Below, one piece after another: positions 1-11,100 of a DNA stretch of 64,000 nt (the stretch's first letter is position 1; each line of letters starts with the position of its first letter). Origin of the DNA: Narcine bancroftii. Lineage: Eukaryota. Under the pieces are notes generated by a model that saw only the letters and a list, made by a program, of their open reading frames with translations, made no database searches and was not told where the DNA came from. Made by a program: the position numbers and the translations under genes. The stretch covers positions 187,860,001 through 187,924,000 of the forward strand of contig NC_091472.1 of the NCBI RefSeq assembly GCF_036971445.1. Reading direction: 5' to 3'.

Positions 1-158
1 AAATAACCGAGGGAATTAAGCTTCTCTTTCTATACCCCATATTCTTACCCAGCAACAATGATCAGTGATTATGATCAAAATAATATTTCCATATGTAAAC
101 TAAATATTTTACTCTAAAATTATCTTCTTCAAAGAGTATTTAGTTGAAAATCTTTGTT

Positions 159-1034
159 TTATTTATAAATTAAGCTTGAATATAATACATGAGCAACACC
201 AGTGATTAGATTATGATTGGCAAACTCTAATATTAGGAGAACTATTGGATATTCACTTTGCCTTTTCCACAAGGCAGAATTGTCATCAAGCCCCATCCAG
301 CTTAACAGCAAAACCTTCATTGCTTCAGGAAATAGTTTATCCACCAGTTCCTCAGCAGGTGGCAAGTCTGAAATTTTGTTGATATGGCTGGTTTTAAACT
401 CTTCAACTTGCCTGCTGATAAAGGCATTAGCAGAATAAAACTGATGTCCCAACCATTTACATACAGAGTAGATCATGTGACTACAATAAATAGAATTGGC
501 CTCTGTTAAAGCTGTTTCTGTCTTTGTAATGAAGTCTTGAAGATTTGTCAAAAGTTGCATCATCATATCAGCCAACTTCTGTGCTGATATGGTTTCACCA
601 ATAAGGAGTTTGACAAGATCAAGTAACAATATAATTGTTTTTTCATGTTCCTTTTGTACTTCTATTGGTAAGATTTTGAAAGTCTGATATATCGATTTAA
701 ACTTAATGAACACAGGATTGTTACTCAAAATTTCTTCATGTGGTGAATTACCAATATGAGTTTTAGTTTCTTCTAAAAATGTTTCCTCTTGTACACAGTA
801 GTTATGGTCATTCTGATTAGCAGTACTGTCCAAAAATGAAACATTTATTCTAGACAAATTATCTGGAAGCTGTTGAGTTCTTTGAATGTTGGGGTGAAAT
901 GCAGAGCAAACTTCATGGCTCCATTTATCAAGGCGGCTGTTTTCAAGCAGTTCTTCACCAAGGAAGTTTTGTAGATCTGTAATGTCGTATTTTTCATTCA
1001 GAACAGGATCTCCTATTCTGGCTTTCCACAAATT
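159..1034 (-). CDS. Last exon (exon 4) of the uncharacterised gene
   Basis: Long ORF in AT-rich DNA; acceptor ctttcaatag at 1044-1035; TAA at 161-159. Confidence 0.88.
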   Translation of the reverse strand, partial: NLWKARIGDPVLNEKYDITDLQNFLGEELLENSRLDKWSHEVCSAFHPNIQRTQQLPDNLSRINVSFLDSTANQNDHNYCVQEETFLEETKTHIGNSPHEEILSNNPVFIKFKSIYQTFKILPIEVQKEHEKTIILLLDLVKLLIGETISAQKLADMMMQLLTNLQDFITKTETALTEANSIYCSHMIYSVCKWLGHQFYSANAFISRQVEEFKTSHINKISDLPPAEELVDKLFPEAMKVLLLSWMGLDDNSALWKRQSEYPIVLLILEFANHNLITGVAHVLYSSLIYK

Positions 1035-4000
1035 CTATTGAAAGAACAAGTAACAAGACAACCAAAAATATCACTGCATTTGATTTGATTAGAAATAACA
1101 TTTCACAAATATGGTACAACACTTTCTGCATCAATGCAGGCAAAATCAGGGATTTATAAATTTGGCAAATCTTGAGTTATTGGCCTGAACCTCTTTCAAC
1201 TCCATGATTGTGCTACTCAAATATGTTCAACTGCTGGGATACCATGTTAAGACTGTCAAGAGTCAAAAAAATAAACTTACTAACTAGTTACGGATCTGTG
1301 ATACAAAATAAACTTTCATAAATCATTATACTGAAGGCTATAATTAATCTTAAAGCCTCAAATGTGAGTTATTCAACACCAATGAAACCAGTTATAATTG
1401 ACATTTTCCATTTAATTGTACCTGCAAAACAACAAGAACATCTAGCTGTTGATTTTTACTGTACATCTCAAAAGCAATTCGAAAAAGTCCCTGAATGCTG
1501 TAAAACCACAGACTGTTCACCATGATCGGCATCTTCAGTCCTTCAAATCGAAATTCTGAAAATAAATATGTACAGAAATCATAATTGAGTTGAAATGGGT
1601 AAAGAAAATAAAAAGTGTAGTTTATTTTATAGTCAACATGTGGATGTTAAGAATTGAAAGATGAGCTGATAGAGCCCATTTCTGTGCTGTACATTTCCAA
1701 TTGAGATTAGAGGCCATGTAATCATTTGGCACATGGAGGTCACTGTGTAAGTGATATTTTGGAGGAGATATAATCATAAATATGAATTATCATTCCACAG
1801 TTTTACATGGTTTTAGGTTCTTTGTGCTTTTAAACAAAGTGCTAATGTATTACCTGAACTAAAATTGAGTTTCGTTGCCAATCCTCTCTTTGCAAATTTT
1901 GCATGAATTCTTGGATGATTTTCAGTGCGAATGCTAGTTTTTGCAATAACATCAGCACCAAGAAAAAGGGGAATCAAATTCTCCTAAAGGTGGGAAAAAA
2001 ATTAAACTTTGAAAGAAATATATTAACAGATATAATGTACATCAACCTTGGTTTTATTTACTTATAAGAAATTAATGTTTCCAAATTGAATTATCTGATA
2101 CTTGAGCACAGTAAATTTGCAGCTTTCAACCAGTCAGTAAAATAGCCTAACTCTAAAATGAGACTTGGAGAGGTAGAATGGACAAATCAGAGGTTAGATC
2201 CCTCTGATTCAAGTCTTTACTAACCAAAATTACACTTGCTGTACTAAATCCAGAGTTCTGTAGGCTTCTAATTAAATTAGCAAATTTGTGAATGACACCG
2301 ATGAATGGGATTGTAGATAGTGAAGGTGGTTGTCAAAGATTGCAGAAGGATCTCTCAGGAAGAGGAATGAATGGCTGTTGAAATTTAATACAAAGAAGTG
2401 CAAGGTGTTACACTTTGGGAGGTCTAACATAAGTAGGACATAAACAGTGAATGTTGAGATCGAAGCATTGAGATTGAGGTTGGTCAAATAGGCCTTCAGT
2501 ACATTAGCCTTCATAAGTCAGAGAACTGAGTACAGAAGTTGGGAATGTAGAAAATCCTTTGCCAGAATCGGTAACCAGAGGGAGGAGAGATTTAATGGGA
2601 ACGATGAGGTAAATTTTGTGTTTTTATAGAGGGTGGTGGATGCATGCAATAGGCTGCCAGAAGAAGTTGATGCAGGTACTTTGGGCAGTGCTAAAGAAAA
2701 AAAAATTGGGCAGATTAGATATGGGTCAAATACGAGCAGAAAGGACGTGGAAAAAATTTGAGCTGAAGAGCTTGTTTCCACGATCTGGCTTTATTAAACA
2801 TCCAAATGAAAGGATTAATCAACCTAATTGAAGTGTGTAATTTAATACAATTATTGAATCATTTTTCATTATCGGGTTGAGACCATCAAACAATGACAGT
2901 CACCAGTAACTTCGAAGAAAACTCCTACAAAAGTATCTCAATCTGCGGGGAGAAATTTTCCCATGTCATTGCCAAGGAATAGGTGGCACAGACTTGCTGT
3001 GGTGTATGACGGGTGATATCAGCAAATCTCGTTAAATAATTCACTCATCCAGTATTGCAGGAAGCTATAAAACCCATTATTTTCAAGCACTGTGTTGACT
3101 TGCCCAGTAAATACCCTAGCCGGACTCTCCGTTCTATGCTCATTGAACTTTCTAATTGAGCAAATTGATCGTCTGTTCGCAGGAGAACCCTTCTCACTCT
3201 TCTTGATACGAGTAAACAAACAAAATTTTACATGTATCAATGCTGTTGAATCAACACATTACAAGTGTTTCAAATTTACAGCACCTGCAAGGAAGAGTCT
3301 TGATTGTTGCCAAATTCAATCCATTGACATAAAATATTAAAAAAACAATTTTACACAGGCCGTTTCGGCCCACGAGCCGGTACAATTTTGAACGGGGGGT
3401 GGGACGGAGCCCGGGGTGGGGGGGGGGGTGGGACGGAGCCCGGGGTGGGACGGAGCCCGGGGTGGGGCGGAGCCCGGGGTGGGGGGGGGGTGGGACGGAG
3501 CCCGGGGTGGGGGGGGGGGGGGGTGGGACGGAGCCCGGGGTGGGGGGGGGGGGGGGTGGGACGGAGCCCGGGGTGGGGGGGGGGGGGGGTGGGACGGAGC
3601 CCGGGGTGGGGTGGGGGGGGGGTGGGACGGAGCCCGGGGTGGGGTGGGGGGGGGGTGGGACGGAGCCCGGGGTGGGGTGGGGGGGGGGTGGGACGGAGCC
3701 CGGGGTGGGGTGGGGGGGGGGTGGGACGGAGCCCGGGGTGGGGTGGGGGGGGGGTGGGACGGAGCCCGGGGTGGGGTGGGGGGGGGGTGGGACGGAGCCC
3801 GGGGTGGGGTGGGGGGGGGGTGGGACGGAGCCCGGGGTGGGGTGGGGGGGGGGTGGGACGGAGCCCGGGGTGGGGTGGGGGGGGGGTGGGACGGAGCCCG
3901 GGGTGGGGTGGGGGGGGGGGTGGGACGGAGCCCGGGGTGGGGTGGGGGGGGGGTGGGACGGAGCCCGGGGTGGGGTGGGGGGGGGTGGGACGGAGCCCGG

Positions 4001-4577
4001 GGTGGGGTGGGGGGGGGGTGGGACGGAGCCCGGGGTGGGGTGGGGGGGGGGTGGGACGGAGCCCGGGGTGGGGTGGGGGGGGGGTGGGACGGAGCCCGGG
4101 GTGGGGTGGGGGGGGGGTGGGACGGAGCCCGGGGTGGGGTGGGACGGAGCCCGGGGTGGGGTGGGGGGGGGGTGGGACGGAGCCCGGGGTGGGGTGGGGG
4201 GGGGTGGGACGGAGCCCTGGGGTGGGACGGAGCCCTGGGGGGGGTGGGAACCGCGGCCCAGTCCCGATCTCTGGCGCTGGCCGCTCCACCAACCGTGGCG
4301 CCCGCAACAACGCCGCTGTGTGAATTCGGGGGGTCAGAGACCGTGATGGACGGCAAGGGCCCCGAGCGAACGAACGTTCTGTAGATTATATTTTAGAGAA
4401 GCTGGGTTGCATTTTAACACCTAATCGGAATGCAGTAATCTTTAGAATACCAACCTCTACCTGAAAATCCTGGCCTAAGGTAAGGGAATTGGACGAACTC
4501 AAGAAGACGAATCGGTATTTCCTGGCGCCCACGCTCCATTCTGGGAAACAGACGGGTAAGCGCTCAACAGAGGCCAT
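159..4577 (-). CDS. Uncharacterised 4-exon gene, 418 aa; exons 4577-4461, 1983-1854, 1555-1422, 1034-159
   Basis: Manual splicing: all three introns are GT-AG with compatible phases (117+130+134+876=1257 nt). Continuous ORF MASVERLPVCFPEW...GQDFQ|ENLIPLFLGADV...NFSSE|FRFEGLK...VVLQ|NLWKARIGD...VLYSSLIYK*. Family not recognised. Confidence 0.82.
1422..1555 (-). CDS. Exon 3 of the uncharacterised gene
   Basis: tttcag acceptor, CAG|gtac donor, open frame FRFEGLKMPIMVNSLWFYSIQGLFRIAFEMYS. Confidence 0.82.
1854..1983 (-). CDS. Exon 2 of the uncharacterised gene
   Basis: ctttag acceptor, CAG|gtaat donor, open frame ENLIPLFLGADVIAKTSIRTENHPRIHAKFAKRGLATKL. Confidence 0.82.
2275..2775 (+). mobile_element. 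Degenerate CR1-like LINE fragment
   Basis: Remnants of CR1 RT C-terminal motifs (SKF.DDT, FN..KCKV.HFG) and a CR1-type 3' region. Confidence 0.55.
3385..4250. repeat. G-rich minisatellite, ~31-bp unit GGGGTGGGACGGAGCCCGGGGTGGGGTGGGGG
   Basis: Directly visible tandem array; explains the low-complexity ORFs at 3337-4384. Confidence 0.95.
4461..4577 (-). CDS. Exon 1 of the uncharacterised gene
   Basis: aacATGG Kozak-like start in the CpG island; CAG|gtagag donor in phase 0, matching exon 2. Confidence 0.72.
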
Positions 4578-4926
4578 GTTCTCATCGACACACCTTCCAG
4601 CCAGAAAAAAACAATCCGCGAGCCTTTCCGCTTCCGTTCAGGAAGATAATCAATCTCCACGACGCCTCTCTCTCTCTCTCTCGTCGTGCTGGTCCCAGCG
4701 TTATCACCAGCGTCTCCCTCAATTTTGGCTGCAGCCGTCGTTTTCCAGGACGTCGGCCCGCATCCTCCTCCAATGAGGCTCGTGCACAGTTGCGGCCGAA
4801 ACTGCAACATGGCTCAGCGGATCACAGCCCGACGGGCCGCTGCAGCGCTCGGGGCCGGGCCGAGGTGCGCGCACTCCGACCTTTGCCCTTTCACCCGCGG
4901 CTGGCTGCGCGCAGCTTCGTGACAAG

Positions 4927-5101
4927 ATGGCCGCGGAGAGGACGGAGCTGGATTTTGGTGACCGAAAATTGTTCGAGGCGTTTGAGGATTCCAACCCTAC
5001 TCATATTCGCTTTCTCCATTTAGAAGACCTGGGTAATATGGAGGACATCAGGAAGAAACTGCAGGAATACGAAGAGAGCGTCGGGTACCTGAAGGCAGAG
5101 A
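4927..5101 (+). CDS. ZCCHC8: ZCCHC8 exon 1
   Basis: MAAERTELDFGD...LKAE(N); ends at U12 donor ATATCCTA (5102). Confidence 0.92.
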
Positions 5102-8100
5102 ATATCCTACTGTTTTAATGGAAATGTTTTCGCAAAATCAAACCGGGCGCCTCAGGAGCGATTGGCTCGTGGCGGAGAAGCCGCGTAAAGCAGACGGGAT
5201 TAAACTGGGCATAACAACTGTTTAACGGCGTTCTCTCGCCTCCGTCGCTCCGTTTCTCTCTTCTCAAGCTTTTGCTGGCGGTTTGTTCGATGGCTTTTAA
5301 GATTACGATTGTAGTTTCACTTTTGTAGTTTGTCTTCACCCAATAGGCCTAGAATACAGGCCTGTCATTCCCTCATTTCTGTCGTTTTACTTTTCCTCGC
5401 GAATCCGATCGGAGCGATTTCATGGGAAGTATTTTTTGTGTGCCATCTCTCCCCACGGAATGGTCTTAGAGGTGTATTTAATCTGGAGCAAGCAATAATC
5501 CCATCCATTTTTGGTAATGAATACGTCTATTCAGATTCATTGTAAATTCCTGAACACTTTTTTTTTGGAAACGCTGAATATTAGTTTTATGCCCTTTCTT
5601 TCTGAAATAACTTGTGGCTAAGTCATTGAATAATAAGTAACATTCATGGCTCTCGAAATACTCCAAACCTTTTGAATAAATGTATTTTTCGATTATTTCC
5701 TACATGATGTTGCAATAGGCGTAGCAAATATGTCAACATGAATAATTACTTTATGGTCATCTTAAATTTTCAAACCTCTTTAATAGGACAGAGTGACTCA
5801 GTTTTGCACAGGAATGTGGTCAAACAAAATTTGAGATCCAGATAAATCAAAGCTTTGACAGAAAGATAGATTTAATGAAATGACAAAAGATGAAAGTGAG
5901 ATTTGTAGATTGAAAAATAGATCTTGAAAGTGTGTGATAAATTTTCACTTGAAAGGATAGGAACAGTAGATGAAAAGAACTTGAGATGAATTGGGCCGCA
6001 GTAGAATTTAGTTTTATTTAGAGAAGGAAGAAGAAAAAGCTCGAGTGAATAGAGGCAAAACCATTGACTCTCAGCTAAGTCAAGCTTATTATGCAACTGG
6101 GTGATAAGGAGATATTGGTAGGCAGTCTTTATGGAGGCATGGACATGTGATTTGGAGAGTATCACTTGGATATAGCATCAAGGTTGTGAACCTTCTGATG
6201 GTAAATAAGTAGTCTGAAGGTGCTGGAGAGCTAGAACGGTACATGAAAGTGTTGGAGAAACTTGGCATGTCATATAGCACTCATGGAAAGTGATCGGCAT
6301 TTGGGGTTTTGGCCTCGGGTCTACATCAGCAATGCCAAAAAATGAGCAGATGCCTGAATGAGAAGTGGTGGGGAGTGGACCAGAGGCTTACAGATGATAG
6401 GTAGATACTGATGGGAGGGAAAGAAGAACAAGATGAAGGGTCAATGCTTTCTGATAGGAGAAATGAACATGTCGTGAGAGGCAGGGAAAAGGAAAGGTGT
6501 CAGGAATGAAGGAAAGCAAAGGTGGGGGCTACAAGAAATTGGAGACAACTGTGCTGATGCTATCATAACCTGGCGGCATACATCTGCTCCAAATTTCACC
6601 CCTCCCCCCCCCCCCCACCCCCATCTCTAAATTGTGGTAATTGTAAACTATTGTTGATCCCTGTGTTGCTGCAGCAAGCAAGAATCTTGATTCATCTCTC
6701 TACATGACAATGAACTCCTATCTCTTGAAACTCAAGTCTACCAGTCCCAGTAATATTCTAATGAATTTTTCTGCACCCTTTCCAGGTTAATTTCATCCTG
6801 TAGCTGGGTGACAAATATATGTTCAATACACTAGGTATGTTCTCACTAACATGTACAATTGGGACATGATGTCCCAGCTCTTGTAATCAATTTTCTGACA
6901 GATGGGAGCAAGCATGCTAAATGTCTTCATCATCACCATGCCAATCTGTCTTGTCATATTCATGAAACTGTGTAATATGCCCCTTTACCTCACTGTTCCA
7001 CAATTCTCTTCAAGATCATGCCACGTACTTTGTAAATCCTGCCCTGATGCACTTTTATTTATCATACCAAAGTGCAACACCTCGCACTTGCATGAATTAT
7101 AATTCCATCTACCATTCTTTGGCCCACTTTCCCAGTTCATCATTATCCTATTGTCATCTCAGATCTTTTTCACTGTCCACTTTAGCACCAATTTTTATAT
7201 CATCTACAAGCTTCTAAACAATATCCAACTTACTAAAACAAAGATTATCACCACATACTTTGAAGTATGGCCCATCAAGTCTAATTTGGTTTAAATGCTA
7301 GTGTAGTTGTTCATGATTCTAGTTTAAAGGAAGAGTACCAACAAAGAGCTTTCATTATTTAATCATCATCATGGCTTGGCTTTGCAAATAAAAAAATTAG
7401 GAAGTGGGTGTCCACGTCTGCTGCAGGCTCTCTGGTGGCTGTTGAGACCAATGTGGGATAGACCTGCATGGCTGCAGCGGCTGCAAGGAAAACTGTTCTG
7501 GGTTTGGTGCAGTTATTGTCATGGTTCCTCATCCATCTCCTTTTGTTCTCAAGGCCAGTCCTTGCGTGCGCTCTCAAAGGAAGAGACAGACTGGTGAATG
7601 GTATGTCACCAGGCCACATGATCAAAGGCTAGAGCAGACCACTGGCGATGGTCTATGTGACAAGCGCCAAGGGATTACTTCAGAGTCCTTGTACCTCTTT
7701 TCGGAGCCCCTCTGTCAAGGTGGCCAGTGGAGAGTTCACCATACAGCTCAATTTTGGGCAGGTGATGATCATCCATCCTAGAGACGTGTTCTGCCTAGTG
7801 TAGCTGCATCTTCGAGAGCGTGGTCTTGATGCTGGTAACCTCCGCCTGTTTGAGGACTTCAAAGTTGGTGACAAAGTCACTCCACTGGATACTGAGGATG
7901 GTGCTGAGGCAGCACTGGTGGAAGCGCTCAAGGAATTCTAGGTGGTGACAGTTGGTGAGCCACGACTTGGAGCTGTACAGGAGAGTGGTCAGTACAATGG
8001 CTCTGTGCACACTGATCTTTGTGCCTTTCTTCAGATGCTTGTTGTTCCAGACTCTTGTGCAGCCTATCGAATGCATTATTTGCCTTTGCCAGTCTGTTGT

Positions 8101-11100
8101 CAACCTCTTTTTAAAAAAAATTATCTATTTTTTTGAGTGGGATGGGATAATTTAGGTGGGAAACCAATCTTGTCACGTAATGAGATGGTCCACCCCTGGT
8201 GGACTCTCTTCAGCTCAGTCTTGCTGATGGTAATGTGGGGAGGGTGGCACTCTTCCTGAGTTGCAGGCTGATGGAGAACTTCTGCCGCCTTCAAGCTTAC
8301 TTCCAGTCCAAAGAGCTCTGCAGCCTTCCCAAAGAAGGATGTTATATGCTGCAAGACTGTTTCTGTATGGGCAACAAGGGCAGCATCGTCAGCAAGAGCA
8401 GCTCTCAAATGAGTTGTTCCAATGTCTTGGTATGGGACTATAGCCGCCTTGGGTTTAACAGGCTGCCGTCGGTGCAGTGTCGGATGTGGGCACCGTCCTT
8501 GTCGTCATGGTCTTCTGTGGCCCTTTGGACATCACACTGAAGATGGTGAAGCGAGTTGGTGCGAGGACACAGCCTTGCTAGAAGGGCTACTTATTAATAA
8601 GTTGATGTGTGGCAATAGACAGCTCAATAATGAACCACTAGCTATGGATATATTTTAATGTACTGACTAGATGTTATATGATATTCATGTATATTGTGTA
8701 TAGAGTGAACATATATCCAGAATGTAAGATACTGAGTCTTTTTCCTTAAATCAATTAACATCGGGAACTTAAGAGGAAGTTGAACCTGTTGACCCGCCCA
8801 AGGTAAACTGTATATTAAATGAGTCTAAATAAAATATTGCTTGTAAAGCTACATAATGTGTATAATGATTTCAAAATGATGTGGTAATCACTCATTATGC
8901 ATAAAAAATAATCTTTTCAATTATGCGTTATTTGTGGAAACATTTGACTAGCTGTATTCTAAATTGATCTTCTTCATTCAAAGGCTTTAGTTCTCTTGCC
9001 AGATTTGTGCAATGTAATTTTATATGCAGTAGGTTAATAAGTTTAGTGATTTCTTTTTGACTAACATAAATGTTAATTTGCAAAAGATTACACATTTTCT
9101 AGGTTTTGAAAGTTTCTAACTTTTTTCATTTATGGCAGTAAAATAGTGGTGAGCGACTCCAAAACAGATGGCCCAATGGTTCAGATCTTATTTATGAATA
9201 ACAATATATCAAAGTAAGTTTGAATTTAAGCATCAACCCTTTTAAATTTTACTTCATGCTTTCTATTACAACATTTCCATTTTTTGTACCAGCTGCTCAG
9301 ATATGTTCGCCATTTTAATTTCAGACAGTTTCATCAAGAAATTGAAGACTTCATCATAGGCTTAGTAGAAAAATATGAAAAAGAATTGCAAAGTGATCTC
9401 GAAAAAACATCATTTAATTTAAACCCACAGGTAAATAAATAAACAGACATAGTTTCACTAGTACAGTTTTTTTGGTTTGGAGATGTGATAAAAGAATATA
9501 TAATTTCCTTACAGCCATCAAGTGTGCTCCTGGAAGAGTCACTGAAGGTGAAAAGTTTAAATGTAGGAAAGAAAATGAAAGATGCATTTCATGTAAGTGA
9601 TAAGTATTATTTGCTTTATAAAAGCATGTCTTCATTCAAAGCTGAAGTTACAGTCTGAATGATTTTAGATTGGAAAATTCAAGTTTGATCCATTTGAGGC
9701 AGCAGTACCTCAAGTTTTTTTAAGGACAAATCGACTAAAGTTCCGCACTTCCTGCTTTTCAATGTCAAATGAAAGTGGATATCAAATGAGGTCAAGATTG
9801 AGGTTGGTCAGATTGTGATTGTCAACCATCTTGGTGAAAGTGTCGGAGTGATTATAAAGGCTTTTTATTATTGGATAACATCAGAAGAAATTTGGCATTT
9901 TTTATACGTTAAGTTGCCAGATACATCTCTTGAATATCTAAATCTGCAACCTACATTATTTAAATGTAATGAATACCACATCTGTAATTCCTTCTATTTT
10001 AAATGTATCTTATTCAGCCTGTTCAAACCAGACCTGCGGCTGCGAGGTCCAGAAAGTCAGCAGTTTCAGTGAAACTGCATTCTGTGTTCTTTGGTCGGTC
10101 ATTGTTGGGTCCAAATCCCGTTTGTACTATCGGAGTCAGCAATGTAGTTGCACTAGGCACGCAGTGAGCGAAAGAACCACACAGAGAAGAAAGTGAGTTG
10201 AACCAACTGACTTTAATAGAACTATCACTCACGTTTAAATCCCTTGGAACCTGATGAGGCTTGCGATTCCCGGGACTTTTATGATGTCAACCGCTAGGCT
10301 GTGGGCTCTCAGTCTGATCTGCTGTGGTCTTGCCTACGACTCTGTGAGCCAGTTCGCCTGTTGCATGGGTGAGCTGCCACATGAACCTACCCACCCCAAA
10401 AACCAGCATTAGATGATGCGGAGTCCACAGCCAACTTCTCTTTAGACCGTTTGGGTGACTGACCTCATTGGCGTGGGGGTGGCACCATCACAGGGTCTTC
10501 CAGGTCTAACTGCGCCGGCTTGCGATTTCCTGGTCGAGTGACCATCAGGGTCACCAATGTAAAGTAGGCTATCGTAGTGGTCAGCCATTGTAGCCATTAG
10601 CAATGGCTGGCTCTGGCATTTACCGGAAAAGGACAGGGTGGCCAACAACGGTGGGCTCCTGAACCCCACTTTTGCTGGTTAAAAGCAGCAACAGTCTGAA
10701 CTGAGGTCGATCCTTGCTGCAGGCGTTACCGGCTCCGTTGCATCGGGAAGGCCCGGGCCTTAGGGCGTGATGCAGCAACTTGATCGATGCTTGCAACTCC
10801 CGGGACCTTTATGATGTCAACTGCTAGGCCTACAGTCAGATCTGCCACAGACTTGCCCACTACTCCGTGAGCCAGTTCGCCTGTTGCATGGGTGAGATGC
10901 CACAATCTACAAATTTTCTTTTGCAAGAATCCTTATTAATATTTGCAGAATGCTTTCAGTAGAGATATGAAAATTAGTTCATCTTTGCCCTTTTTTTTGG
11001 ACATTTTGGGACAAGTGCACTGGAAATGGTCCAGAGTGAAAAGTATGGAGGCAGATAATCAACTTCTCATAAAATTGTAAAGAAATGTTGTTCAGATCCT

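Larger units (their letters stand above)
4250..5290. promoter_or_regulatory. CpG island / bidirectional promoter shared by ZCCHC8 and the divergent gene
   Basis: High CpG density; divergent ATGs at 4577 (-) and 4927 (+); YY1-like AAGATGGCCGC over the ZCCHC8 start. Confidence 0.75.

Noticed and set aside
2880-3285. Possible extra exon of the minus-strand gene (acceptor-like tcttccttgcag at ~3285)
   Set aside because: No open frame compatible with the flanking exons; exon 1 joins exon 2 cleanly without it
3337-4384. Five 311-339-aa Pro/Gly-rich ORFs
   Set aside because: Translations of the stop-free G-rich minisatellite, open in several frames on both strands
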